Part shown: piece after piece, positions 49,620-58,286 of the stretch
Numbering within the stretch: the stretch's first letter is position 1
How the letters are laid out: each line of letters starts with the position of its first letter
NCBI GenBank assembly: GCA_046348545.1
Contig: JAXMEB010000006.1
Span: 50,163-114,162 of the forward strand
From: Gammaproteobacteria bacterium
GTDB taxonomy: Bacteria > Pseudomonadota > Gammaproteobacteria > Berkiellales > Berkiellaceae
Reading direction: 5' to 3'
Length of the DNA: 64,000 nucleotides
Made by a program: the position numbers and the translations under genes
Notes under the pieces: generated by a model
What the model was told of the DNA's origin: nothing
What the model saw: only the letters and a program-made list of their open reading frames with translations
The model's database searches: none

Positions 49620-51050
49620 TGAAATCTGAAGAAGTTGACCAAAATCAATAATATGAGAGAAGAAACCTGAGTCTCTAACTTTATCGGTGATACCATTCAC
49701 ATGAATTAGAATAGGCCTGCAAGAAAATCCACGGGGTTTTTTGAGGTTGCTGATTTTATCTTGTACCTCATTGATAACGGTATGCTTGATTTCTGTAGAG
49801 GAGAATTTAATCTCGCAAACATATAAGTTACAAAACTTTGTTTGTATTAAATAATCGATTTGGCATCCATTTTGTTTGCTAGTCTTATTTTGAAAAAATG
49901 GATTATCAAAAACAATCTCATCAGGTGAGATTTCTAAATGTGCCCATATTTTTAACCGATTATTAAGGATTAAGTTCTCAAATTGAAAGCCCATTATAGT
50001 GGACCACCCTGGTAAAGAGGTGAGGGATTTTTTTTCAAAAGAACCAGCTTCGATTTGATGTCGATGAGGTGCAATATATTTTAAGTAAAATCGACAATAA
50101 TTATCTTTCAAGCGATAAGTACTTAACTTTGAAATTTTTTGAGACTTAAGGTCCCACGTATAGTCTCGCGCTAAAAAGCCAGCGAGCACAAGCTCATTAA
50201 ATTGATTTGAGATTACACTATTTAAGTCGGCTTCAATATATCTCGATAGGCGCAAAGGATCTTGATTTTGCTCTATCAGAGATAGCATAGTCTTATAATA
50301 ATTTGTACTGCGTGATAAAAAGATATCATGAAAGACTTGATTGAATTCGTTAAATAAGAATCCTTGAGAACTGAAGCAGGTTTTTTTAATATTCTGTTCA
50401 GCGGAAAGCTCAATTCGCATTTCTTCTAAGTAGCGCGGGATGCCGCCTGTTACTGCAAGTAATTTAAACTTTTCATAATTTGAGAGGTGTTGATTTGCAC
50501 GAAAAAATTCATTCGATTCACTCAGTGATAGCTCACCTAATGTGAGTGTGCATGAAATGCGACCCACAAAACCTGTCCCTGCAATAATGTTTTTTTCAAT
50601 CCATGCAGAAACAGAGCCACACAAAATTAGCATCAATTCATTATTTTTCTTGAAATATAGATCCCAGGCCATTTTTAGCTTACCCAGAAAATCTGGATCT
50701 TTAGATCCCATCCAAGAAATTTCATCAAATACCAGAATCACACGTTTCTTGGGAAGCTTATCAGCAAGATACCAAAATAAATCACCCCAATCTTCAAAAT
50801 GAATATTAGGTATTGAAAAGAGCAATTTTAGCTGGCGAGCAAATTCATTAATTTGAGATTGCTTTGTGGTTTCTTTAGTCGGGGGGATCCCAGTAAAGAT
50901 ATAAGATTGATACGCTTTGCTGAACTCTTCAATTAAACGGCTTTTGCCAATTCGCCTGCGACCGCGAACCACGACCAGACTGGCCACGCGTTTTTTAAGC
51001 TGATCTTCGAGAATGGATAGTTCTGTTTTTCGACCAATAAAAGGAGACAT
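49617..51050 (-). CDS. orphan P-loop ATPase (Arch_ATPase/DUF234-like) with a PD-(D/E)xK-like C-terminal module
   Basis: Walker A GRRRIGKS, Walker B VILVFDEISW. C-terminal ..QIDYLIQTKFCNLYVCEIKFS.. resembles a restriction-endonuclease-fold D..ExK motif. Confidence 0.7.
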   Translation of the reverse strand: MSPFIGRKTELSILEDQLKKRVASLVVVRGRRRIGKSRLIEEFSKAYQSYIFTGIPPTKETTKQSQINEFARQLKLLFSIPNIHFEDWGDLFWYLADKLPKKRVILVFDEISWMGSKDPDFLGKLKMAWDLYFKKNNELMLILCGSVSAWIEKNIIAGTGFVGRISCTLTLGELSLSESNEFFRANQHLSNYEKFKLLAVTGGIPRYLEEMRIELSAEQNIKKTCFSSQGFLFNEFNQVFHDIFLSRSTNYYKTMLSLIEQNQDPLRLSRYIEADLNSVISNQFNELVLAGFLARDYTWDLKSQKISKLSTYRLKDNYCRFYLKYIAPHRHQIEAGSFEKKSLTSLPGWSTIMGFQFENLILNNRLKIWAHLEISPDEIVFDNPFFQNKTSKQNGCQIDYLIQTKFCNLYVCEIKFSSTEIKHTVINEVQDKISNLKKPRGFSCRPILIHVNGITDKVRDSGFFSHIIDFGQLLQIS

Positions 51051-51235
51051 CGTATTTTCAAATATCTATAAACTGTAAAAAGTCTTTTTGTAGATATATA
51101 CTAAGCCGTTTAAAATTATCTGTAAAGCGCTAAAAGGTTATTTGTAGATATATTCAAGTGTAGGTACGCTGGCTAGTGGCACCTTAAAAGCCATTCATCG
51201 GATTCCTGGTAACCCCAGTTCGGGGTTTTTTGGGA

Positions 51236-51363
51236 TATACCCTTCACAGCTGAATTTTCGGGGTTGTTGCCTTCGCGATTCTCATCGCAGTCATGTACTT
51301 TGTGTACACTCCTGCGTCTCAAACGCTCGGCGCCTACCCGAAAAATCATCTGTTGTGGGTATA
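51236..51363 (-). mobile_element. family-1 128-bp MITE, full copy
   Basis: The reverse complement aligns end to end with the ileS copy. TA at both ends. Confidence 0.85.
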
Positions 51364-51366
51364 TAT

Positions 51367-51423
51367 CGTCATCCCGCACAGCGGTCATCACACGAAGTGT
51401 GTAGCGTCTGATGCGGGATTCAG
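51367..51423. repeat. GGAAT/ATTCC-capped palindrome
   Basis: CGTCATCCCGCA...TGCGGGATTCAG. An inverted partner lies at 51500-51553 (GATTCCGCA...TGCGGAATGACG). Confidence 0.7.
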
Positions 51424-51499
51424 AATTTTATCAAATCTCAGCAAATAATTTGATTGCTGATATTTTTAAAGGCTGAATCGCATAAGCGGCCAAGGCCAC

Positions 51500-51553
51500 G
51501 TGAATAATAGATTCCGCATCACACGCTGCGCTCTTCGTGCGCTTATCGCTGTG
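51500..51553. repeat. GGAAT/ATTCC-capped palindrome (inverted partner)
   Basis: GATTCCGCATCACACGCTGCGCTCTTCGTGCGCTTATCGCTGTGCGGAATGACG. Confidence 0.7.
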
Positions 51554-51684
51554 CGGAATGACGTCATTACAAAGCAACCCTGCCTTCAAAAACCCCGAAC
51601 TGAGGTTCCTGGTATTCTAATTTTCCGTTTTTGGAATTAATTGTTATAATAATGTTATAACATGTAATGAAGAGTGAAAGCTGT

Positions 51685-51975
51685 ATGCAAACACAAGTCA
51701 TTCGAAAGATTGGTAACTCAGAAGGCGTCATTATTCCCAAGGCTTTATTGGAGTCTTTAGGCTTATCTCTAGGTCGTTCTGTTGATTTAGAGCTTGTAGA
51801 TGGGCAGCTTATTTTGCGCCCAAATAAAAGAAAGTACACTTTAGAGGGATTGGTTGCTCAAATGTTGCCGGAACATGAAGCGCCTGAAATTCCTGTAGGC
51901 TCTGAAGTAGGCGAAGAAGTTGTTGAGTATGAAGTAGAAAAGGAAGTTCATCGTGGTAAAAGCAAAGGTGCTTGA
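51685..51975 (+). CDS. mazE: MazE/PemI-type antitoxin (AbrB/SpoVT fold)
   Basis: MQTQVIRKIGNSEGVIIPKALLESLGL.. and an acidic C-terminus. Overlaps the toxin start by 23 nt. Confidence 0.8.
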   Translation: MQTQVIRKIGNSEGVIIPKALLESLGLSLGRSVDLELVDGQLILRPNKRKYTLEGLVAQMLPEHEAPEIPVGSEVGEEVVEYEVEKEVHRGKSKGA

Positions 51976-52291
51976 TAGAGGAGATATCATTCAAATTAAT
52001 TTTGATCCACAAGCGGGTAGAGAAATTAATAAATTTAGGCATGCATTGGTTATTTCTCCAAAAATATATAATGAAAAGACTGCGCTTATTTTATGCTGCC
52101 CAATTACTTCTACCGTAAGAGGGGGGGCTTGGGAGGTCTTGCTTCCAAAACGATTGAAAACACAAGGTGTCATATTGGTGAATCAGATTAAATCTATGGA
52201 TGCACGCGCATGCTTGGCTCATTGGACAGAAAAAGCGCCAGCAGATATTGTTGAAGAGGTCTTGGAAAAGCTTTTAACCTTGGTGTCTTAG
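51953..52291 (+). CDS. mazF: MazF/PemK/ChpB-type endoribonuclease toxin
   Basis: ..LDRGDIIQINFDPQAGREINKFRHALVISP..LCCPITS..VILVNQIKSMD.. (PemK family pattern). GTG start. Confidence 0.85.
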   Translation: MVKAKVLDRGDIIQINFDPQAGREINKFRHALVISPKIYNEKTALILCCPITSTVRGGAWEVLLPKRLKTQGVILVNQIKSMDARACLAHWTEKAPADIVEEVLEKLLTLVS

Positions 52292-53424
52292 AGGCTGCCA
52301 CTTAAAATCTCACTTCGATATTTCGCCATCAAGCGAATCATAAAAGCCAGATTATGCAACGTTGCGAGTACATGGGCTGTGGGCTCTTTGGCTTTGAAAA
52401 GATGATGTAGATAGGCTAGCGTGAAATTTTTGCAGGTTGAGCAGGGGCATTCTGCTTCGATGGGTTCAAAGCGAGTGGCAAATTGCTTCTGTTCAATCTT
52501 AATTTTACCTTGCATGGTTAAAATCATGCCGTGACGTGCCACTTTGGTGGGATAAGAACTATCAAAGGTATCAATCCCCAAGGGCACGCATTGTTCAATA
52601 GATTCGATATCGCCAATCCCCAATAAATGATTAGGCGCTCGATGGGGTAAACAGGGTACCGTGGCAGCGACGGTTTCCACGAGTTGTTGTTTAGTTTTAC
52701 CAAGACTACCGCCAATCGCAAATCCATCAAATGCTTCACGCGATAGAATTTCACAGCTTTCTCGACGTAATATCGGATCTACGCCGCCATGAATCACCGC
52801 ATACATGGCTTGTTGTTGAGGATTGGCTAAATGGGTTGCAAGTGATCGCAGTTCCCAACGATGGGTTCTGTCAAAAGACGCTTTTAGTTTTTTGTCTGAA
52901 ATATGATAAGGCGGCAACTCATCGAGCGGAATAATAATATCGGCGCCGAACGCTTTTTGCGCTTCAATAGATGATTCAGGGGTTAAGGTGATTCGTTGGC
53001 CATCGCGATAGGAACGAAAGATGACCCCTTCTTCCGTGATTTTGATGACGGCACCTTCTTGTTTTTTGGTGCCTTGGCTTTTCAGCTCACTGGCGACACC
53101 ACCATAAGCCAAACTGAAGACCTGAAAACCACCAGAATCTGTGATAATGGGGCCTTTTCGATTGATAAAAGTATGCAATCCGCCCGCTTCACGCACAATG
53201 TCAGGGCCAGGTTGCAATAATAAATGATAGGTATTACAAAACATAAGTTGTAAGTCGAGTTCATTGACTGCCGCGTTGGATAATGTTTTTAAAGTGCCAT
53301 TGGTTCCGACTGCAACGAAATTGGGGGTTTCAATCACGCCGTGTGGTGTGTGAATGCGTCCAACGCGCGCTCGCGACTTTTTGGATTGATATCGAATTTC
53401 AAATCGAAAGGGAACGGTGGTCAT
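52288..53424 (-). CDS. tgt: tRNA-guanine transglycosylase
   Basis: ..ETPNFVAVGTNGTLK.., ..ITDSGGFQVFSL.., Zn site CPCSTC..H. The ATG overlaps the yhhQ stop (ATGA). Confidence 0.93.
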   Translation of the reverse strand: MTTVPFRFEIRYQSKKSRARVGRIHTPHGVIETPNFVAVGTNGTLKTLSNAAVNELDLQLMFCNTYHLLLQPGPDIVREAGGLHTFINRKGPIITDSGGFQVFSLAYGGVASELKSQGTKKQEGAVIKITEEGVIFRSYRDGQRITLTPESSIEAQKAFGADIIIPLDELPPYHISDKKLKASFDRTHRWELRSLATHLANPQQQAMYAVIHGGVDPILRRESCEILSREAFDGFAIGGSLGKTKQQLVETVAATVPCLPHRAPNHLLGIGDIESIEQCVPLGIDTFDSSYPTKVARHGMILTMQGKIKIEQKQFATRFEPIEAECPCSTCKNFTLAYLHHLFKAKEPTAHVLATLHNLAFMIRLMAKYRSEILSGSL

Positions 53425-54089
53425 ATTTTTAAGACGCTCCAACGTTGTGAAAAGTGTGAAAAAAACATCATCATCAAAATGGTAATGGTTTTAACGCTAT
53501 AGCCAACCAGAATGACTTCCCAGATTTGCTCAACGAGGCCATAGAGTCCTAGAAATGCAAATAGTGTGGTATCCAAAGCTTGGCTTATCAATAAGCAAAT
53601 TAAAGTGGTACGGGTAAAGGACCACGTTGGGAATCCTATTCTGAATTTTCCAAAGAGGAAAACATCGAATTGCTGCACGATGAAGAAAGCTATCAAAGAG
53701 CCTAGTAAAATGCGAGGTGCTGGTGTCAGTAACTGGGAATAAGCATGATGTGTTTGATCATATAAACTTGGCGTATAAAGCAGATGAGCTTGAGAGATTA
53801 AGCAGAAAAAAATCATACAAGAAAAAGAAGCCCAGATTGCTTTTTTGGCTAATTCGGCTCCAAACTGAGCCTGCATCCAATTGAGCCCTAAGATGCCACC
53901 CACCGCAAAGATATCGCTTGCGGTTGCATTGAGCCCAAAGAGAGTGATTTGCTTTAAGACGAAGAAATTTGCCAGGATACTTTGTAATACCACCCATGCA
54001 AATAAGGTCTCCTTGCCCTGACGCTTACAGAGATGGACAAAAAAGACAATGAAGGCTGTGCTCAAGACAAATAATAAGTTATTTAGCAT
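53421..54089 (-). CDS. yhhQ: queuosine-precursor transporter (YhhQ/VUT family)
   Basis: Six-TM protein with YhhQ-like ..IAFFIVQQFDVFLFGKFR.. and ..SQALDTTLFAFLGLYG.. segments. Confidence 0.75.
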   Translation of the reverse strand: MLNNLLFVLSTAFIVFFVHLCKRQGKETLFAWVVLQSILANFFVLKQITLFGLNATASDIFAVGGILGLNWMQAQFGAELAKKAIWASFSCMIFFCLISQAHLLYTPSLYDQTHHAYSQLLTPAPRILLGSLIAFFIVQQFDVFLFGKFRIGFPTWSFTRTTLICLLISQALDTTLFAFLGLYGLVEQIWEVILVGYSVKTITILMMMFFSHFSQRWSVLKI

Positions 54090-54119
54090 TATTAAGTTTA
54101 AAAACTCATTAATGGCACA

Positions 54120-55502
54120 TCATACCTCAGGTGCTTTGGCAAAACACCAGGGTATGAGAATGAGGGCCATGCCGCCGATGAGTATCGCTTCGTATATTCC
54201 AAGATTGCCAACATCAATAGCGTTTGGCGGGACAAAGCCCAATAGGAGGATACTACAACTGGTTAGGCAACCAATCCCCCCAACGAACCAGATCCCAACG
54301 TTCCCACCTGGGATTTTAAATGAGCGAGGCGTGTCTTTGCGGTTATAACGCAGACGAATAGCAGAGATAAAGATAACAGCATACATCAAGAGCGCTAATT
54401 GAGTTGCCATGGCAGATAGCAGCCAATAAGCACTTTTAACCGAGGGCATGAGGAGGAAACTTAAGGTCAAAATGCTGCCAATAATCGCTTGGCAAATCAA
54501 AATAGGAACAGGCGCGCCATATTGATTGGTCTTTTGAAGGGCTTTAGGGATGAGATTATCTTCGCTGGCCGCAAAAAGTCCTTTCGTGGGCCCAATAATC
54601 CAAGTTGCGACTCCTCCGATTCCGCCAATAATGATTGAGCAGGCGATCCATTTGCTGAGACCCGGTAGCCCTAAATCTCCAAAAAAGTTTTCAAAAGCCT
54701 GCATAATGCCGACTACGATATCGAGTTCCTTTTCAGGAACAACCAATGCAACGGCTAAAGAAGAGAGCGTGAGGCTTGTTAAGATGATGACCGCGGAGAT
54801 TAATAATGCCTTAGGATAATCTCGTTTGGGTTCCCTGACTTCACTTGCGTGTACAGAAGACATTTCAAGGCCTATTAGGCTGTAGATGATTGCTGTCGCA
54901 AAAACGAGCTCAGGTAGACTAGAGATGTTTGGAATTAAGTTTGAGGCTTTTAGCTCAATTGCAATGGGTTTGTCGTTGGCTAGCCACATGACGCCTAAAC
55001 CAATAATCACAATCATCGGCAAAAGGGTACCCAATAGAGAGCCCAGCGAGCTGACGGCGCTTGAGAGTCGCATGCCAAAGCAGTTCAATAGGGTGCAGCT
55101 CCAGAAAATGCCCAATACGGCACAAGACATGAAAAGAGGGTCGCTAATCCACGCAGGCTCAATGAGGTAAGCGATGGTGCCTGCCACCAGAGTGAGAATA
55201 GTCGGATACCAGATAATGTTATAGATCCACTGAAGATATACGACCAGAAGCCCGATCTTAGGACCAAAGGCCTCACGAACCCAAATGTAGATACCGCCAT
55301 TTTTAGGCCAAGTGGTTGCTAGTTCGGCGGTGATCAAAGCAGTTGGAATAAAAAATAGGATTGCCCCTAATAAATAAAGCGTGACCAAGGATAACCCAAA
55401 GCTCGCGGCGATGGGTAAGGTCCGAATGCTATCAACCGCAATGACGTTAATCATGACGAGTGAAAATACACTCAGTACTTTTTTAAGCTTGATATCACTC
55501 AT
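54120..55502 (-). CDS. APC-superfamily amino-acid permease/antiporter
   Basis: 12-TM profile. N-terminus MSDIKLKKVLSVFSLVMINVIAVDSIRTLP.. is typical of the Glu/GABA-antiporter-like subgroup. Start trimmed to the Met at 55502. Confidence 0.8.
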   Translation of the reverse strand: MSDIKLKKVLSVFSLVMINVIAVDSIRTLPIAASFGLSLVTLYLLGAILFFIPTALITAELATTWPKNGGIYIWVREAFGPKIGLLVVYLQWIYNIIWYPTILTLVAGTIAYLIEPAWISDPLFMSCAVLGIFWSCTLLNCFGMRLSSAVSSLGSLLGTLLPMIVIIGLGVMWLANDKPIAIELKASNLIPNISSLPELVFATAIIYSLIGLEMSSVHASEVREPKRDYPKALLISAVIILTSLTLSSLAVALVVPEKELDIVVGIMQAFENFFGDLGLPGLSKWIACSIIIGGIGGVATWIIGPTKGLFAASEDNLIPKALQKTNQYGAPVPILICQAIIGSILTLSFLLMPSVKSAYWLLSAMATQLALLMYAVIFISAIRLRYNRKDTPRSFKIPGGNVGIWFVGGIGCLTSCSILLLGFVPPNAIDVGNLGIYEAILIGGMALILIPWCFAKAPEV

Positions 55503-55627
55503 AAGATGTTCTGTTGTGCTATCACGATAATACAATTTATTCACTATACTGATCTGAAATTGATTTATCAAGCACCTTAAAGCAGTTAATATCTTCCGTT
55601 TATCGTACGAGGGGTGAGGGTTAATAT

Positions 55628-57466
55628 ATGCTTGAAGTTAAGCAGTTGAGCTATGCACGCGGGCTCGCAAATATTACGAATGCAACCTTTACGCTCCCAG
55701 CCAATTCAAAAATTGGGATCATCGGGCCCAATGGTGCGGGCAAATCGACGTTCTTCGGCTTATTGCAACATCGAATTGATATTCTGACGGGTGAAGTTAA
55801 TTTACCGAGGGCTTGGCGTTGGAATGAGGTGGAGCAGAGCTTACCCTCAAGTGAGATGAGCATTTTAGAATACGTCCAACAAGGGCACGTTCAGATTAGG
55901 GCGCTTAAAGAGGCCATCCTACAGGCTGAAGCCACAGACGATCATGAGCAGCTTGCAGAGTTGCATCTACAAATGAGCCTAATCAATGGTTACGCCATTG
56001 AAGGGGAGGCTGCGAGCCTATTGCATGGGCTTGGGTTTCACGGTCATGCGCAATTTAAACCGGTGAATGATTTCTCAGGCGGTTGGCGAATGCGTTTGAA
56101 TCTAGCGCGCGCATTGATTAATCCGGCTGAGGGGTTGCTGTTAGATGAGCCTACCAACCACTTAGATTTAGAAGCGCTTATTTGGCTTGAAAAGTGGCTT
56201 AAGAAATATCCAGGCTTGGTATTGATTGTTGCACATGATAGCGCATTCTTAGATAACGTTGTGGATACGATACTGAATTTTGAAGAAGCATCTATCCGAA
56301 TGTATCGCGGCAATTACTCGAGTTTTGTCAGACAGCGCGCGGAAAGGATCGTGCATTTACAAAAGAGCCATGAAAAGCAGTTACAGAAACGGGCTCATTT
56401 GCAGAAATTTGTAGATCGCTTTAAAGCTAAAGCAAGCAAAGCGAAACAAGCTCAATCTCGTATGAAGCAATTGAGTAAATTGGAAGATATCGTTTTGATT
56501 AAAGATCCAGCGGGTGCGGAGTTTGAATTTTTTCCGCTTGATCAAACACCGACTCCGCTGATTAGAGTTAAAGAAGGACAAATTGGATATAGTGAAAAAC
56601 CTGTTATTAAAAATATTAGTTTCTATCTCGGTTTAAATGAGCGAATAGGCTTATTAGGTCGTAATGGAGCAGGTAAATCCACCTTTGTTAAATTTTTAGC
56701 AGGTTTGTTGCCTATTCAATCAGGTGATTGTTTTAAGCATGATGCATTGAACATAGGCTATTTTTCACAAGACGAATTAGAAGCTTTGACGATCACAGAG
56801 ACGCCAGCTTGGCATTTAGAGCAGATTGCCCCTAAAACAAGTTTACAACAACGACGGGATTACTTAGCAAAATTTGGGTTGACCAGTGAACTTGCTCTAA
56901 ACCCAGTGCAGGCGCTATCGGGTGGGCAACGAGCAAGATTATGTTTAGCCTTGCTGGTTTGGCAAAGGCCTAATCTATTGCTGCTTGATGAGCCAACGAA
57001 TCATCTTGATTTGGATTTTCGTGAAGCGTTGACGCTGGCATTACAAAATTATGAAGGGACTTTGGTCTTAGTTTCGCACGATAGAGCATTTTTAGATCAA
57101 ACGGTTGATAAATTATATTTAATCCACAATGCTGCTCTTCAGCTATTTGAAGGTGATCTTGATGATTACGTCAATTGGCTACAGACACAAGACAGTCAAG
57201 GCATGGGGGAAAAGCTTCAAAAGCAGGGTTCCACAGTTCATATGGATCGTAAAAAACTCCAAAATCACGTAAAAACACTTGAAAATAAATTAAACCAATT
57301 TACACAGGATCTTGCTAAAATCGAGCATCAATTAGCAGATGAAACTTTATATTCGAGCGAAAATTCTAAAAAACTAGCGGACTTGATACAGCAGAAAAAA
57401 AACATTCAAAACAATTTATCTAAGACAGAGCATGAATGGCTAGAAGCGGTTGAGCTGCTCGGATAG
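55628..57466 (+). CDS. ABC-F family ATPase (no TM domain)
   Basis: Two cassettes: GPNGAGKST / LSGGWRMRL / LLLDEPTNHLD and GRNGAGKST / LSGGQRARL / LLLDEPTNHLD. C-terminal coiled coil. Confidence 0.9.
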   Translation: MLEVKQLSYARGLANITNATFTLPANSKIGIIGPNGAGKSTFFGLLQHRIDILTGEVNLPRAWRWNEVEQSLPSSEMSILEYVQQGHVQIRALKEAILQAEATDDHEQLAELHLQMSLINGYAIEGEAASLLHGLGFHGHAQFKPVNDFSGGWRMRLNLARALINPAEGLLLDEPTNHLDLEALIWLEKWLKKYPGLVLIVAHDSAFLDNVVDTILNFEEASIRMYRGNYSSFVRQRAERIVHLQKSHEKQLQKRAHLQKFVDRFKAKASKAKQAQSRMKQLSKLEDIVLIKDPAGAEFEFFPLDQTPTPLIRVKEGQIGYSEKPVIKNISFYLGLNERIGLLGRNGAGKSTFVKFLAGLLPIQSGDCFKHDALNIGYFSQDELEALTITETPAWHLEQIAPKTSLQQRRDYLAKFGLTSELALNPVQALSGGQRARLCLALLVWQRPNLLLLDEPTNHLDLDFREALTLALQNYEGTLVLVSHDRAFLDQTVDKLYLIHNAALQLFEGDLDDYVNWLQTQDSQGMGEKLQKQGSTVHMDRKKLQNHVKTLENKLNQFTQDLAKIEHQLADETLYSSENSKKLADLIQQKKNIQNNLSKTEHEWLEAVELLG

Positions 57467-57531
57467 ACCTGCCTTAAGGCAAAAGCCTAAAGAGTCGATA
57501 CAGTCTATAGCAAATCTCATCTGGTGTGTTT

Positions 57532-58233
57532 ATGCCTGTAGAAAATCATCCTGATTTAAATACAGTGCAGGGAGGCTATCGGTTTTTTAGAGAGCTATTA
57601 GTAGGCCTGGCTTATTTGATGGCATTTCCAGGTCTAAACTTGGTTTTTAGACACACTTTTTTAGGCGCTTGCGGCTATATTGCTCGGCTTAAAATCAAAC
57701 GTCAGAAAACAGAAGCGCTGACATTTGTGATCAACCTATTATCATCGAATCAATACCGGGAAAGCGGAACATTTAGGTGGTGGCATTTGATGCGTTTAGG
57801 AATTAGTATTGCTCAAGATTATCAATTGCAGAATAATATTTTTCTTCCTCTGGTCGAAAAATTGATGCATTTAGTATTGACAGGTCCTCACCCTAGATTA
57901 GGCTATGATGCTGCATATAGCCTGGTGGGATTTGGTTTGTGGGCCTTTCAAATTGGTGATGTAAAGTTGGCGATTTTTACCATTCGACAAGCCATTCAGG
58001 CAGATCCATTATGGGGGTATCCTCATTATTTATTAGGTTGGTTCGGTTTATTTGATACCGAAGTAGATAGTGTCAATCACTTTGAACAAGCCTTAAAATG
58101 TAATTGGAGTTTTTTTCATCGTATCATGAATGATCCAATTTGTTTGCGTCATCCAGATATTTTAAGCCGTCTGCGAAAAAGAATGCTGATTACAGAACAA
58201 AATCAATCTTCTGGTACAGTAGGGCGATCTTAA
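57532..58233 (+). CDS. hypothetical protein (helical-repeat-like)
   Basis: Track ORF 57526..58233, with the ATG at 57532. No motif recognised. Confidence 0.5.
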   Translation: MPVENHPDLNTVQGGYRFFRELLVGLAYLMAFPGLNLVFRHTFLGACGYIARLKIKRQKTEALTFVINLLSSNQYRESGTFRWWHLMRLGISIAQDYQLQNNIFLPLVEKLMHLVLTGPHPRLGYDAAYSLVGFGLWAFQIGDVKLAIFTIRQAIQADPLWGYPHYLLGWFGLFDTEVDSVNHFEQALKCNWSFFHRIMNDPICLRHPDILSRLRKRMLITEQNQSSGTVGRS

Positions 58234-58286
58234 AGTAAATTAATCAAAATGATAGAATAGGGTTATAACTCATTTGGGAAGAGAGA

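Larger units (their letters stand above)
51212..51610. mobile_element. ~400-bp composite non-autonomous element with a 9-bp target duplication
   Basis: Direct repeats TTCCTGGTA (51203-51211, 51611-51619) flank inverted repeats CAGTTCGGGGTTTTT (51216-51230) / AAAAACCCCGAACTG (51593-51607). Contains a family-1 MITE and two capped palindromes. No credible ORF. Confidence 0.7.

Noticed and set aside
51173-51391. 72-aa ORF (..DDIYPQQMIFRVGAERLRRRSVHKVHDCDENREGNNPENSAVKGISQ..)
   Set aside because: It is simply the stop-free frame of the family-1 MITE read through flanking repeat DNA. It has no RBS or independent coding evidence.
51203-51619. CRISPR-like array from the recurring palindromes (also 32198-32335 and 58852-59247)
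   Set aside because: The repeats belong to different families, sit in mixed orientations and are irregularly spaced and nested. There is no unit/spacer periodicity and there are no cas genes.
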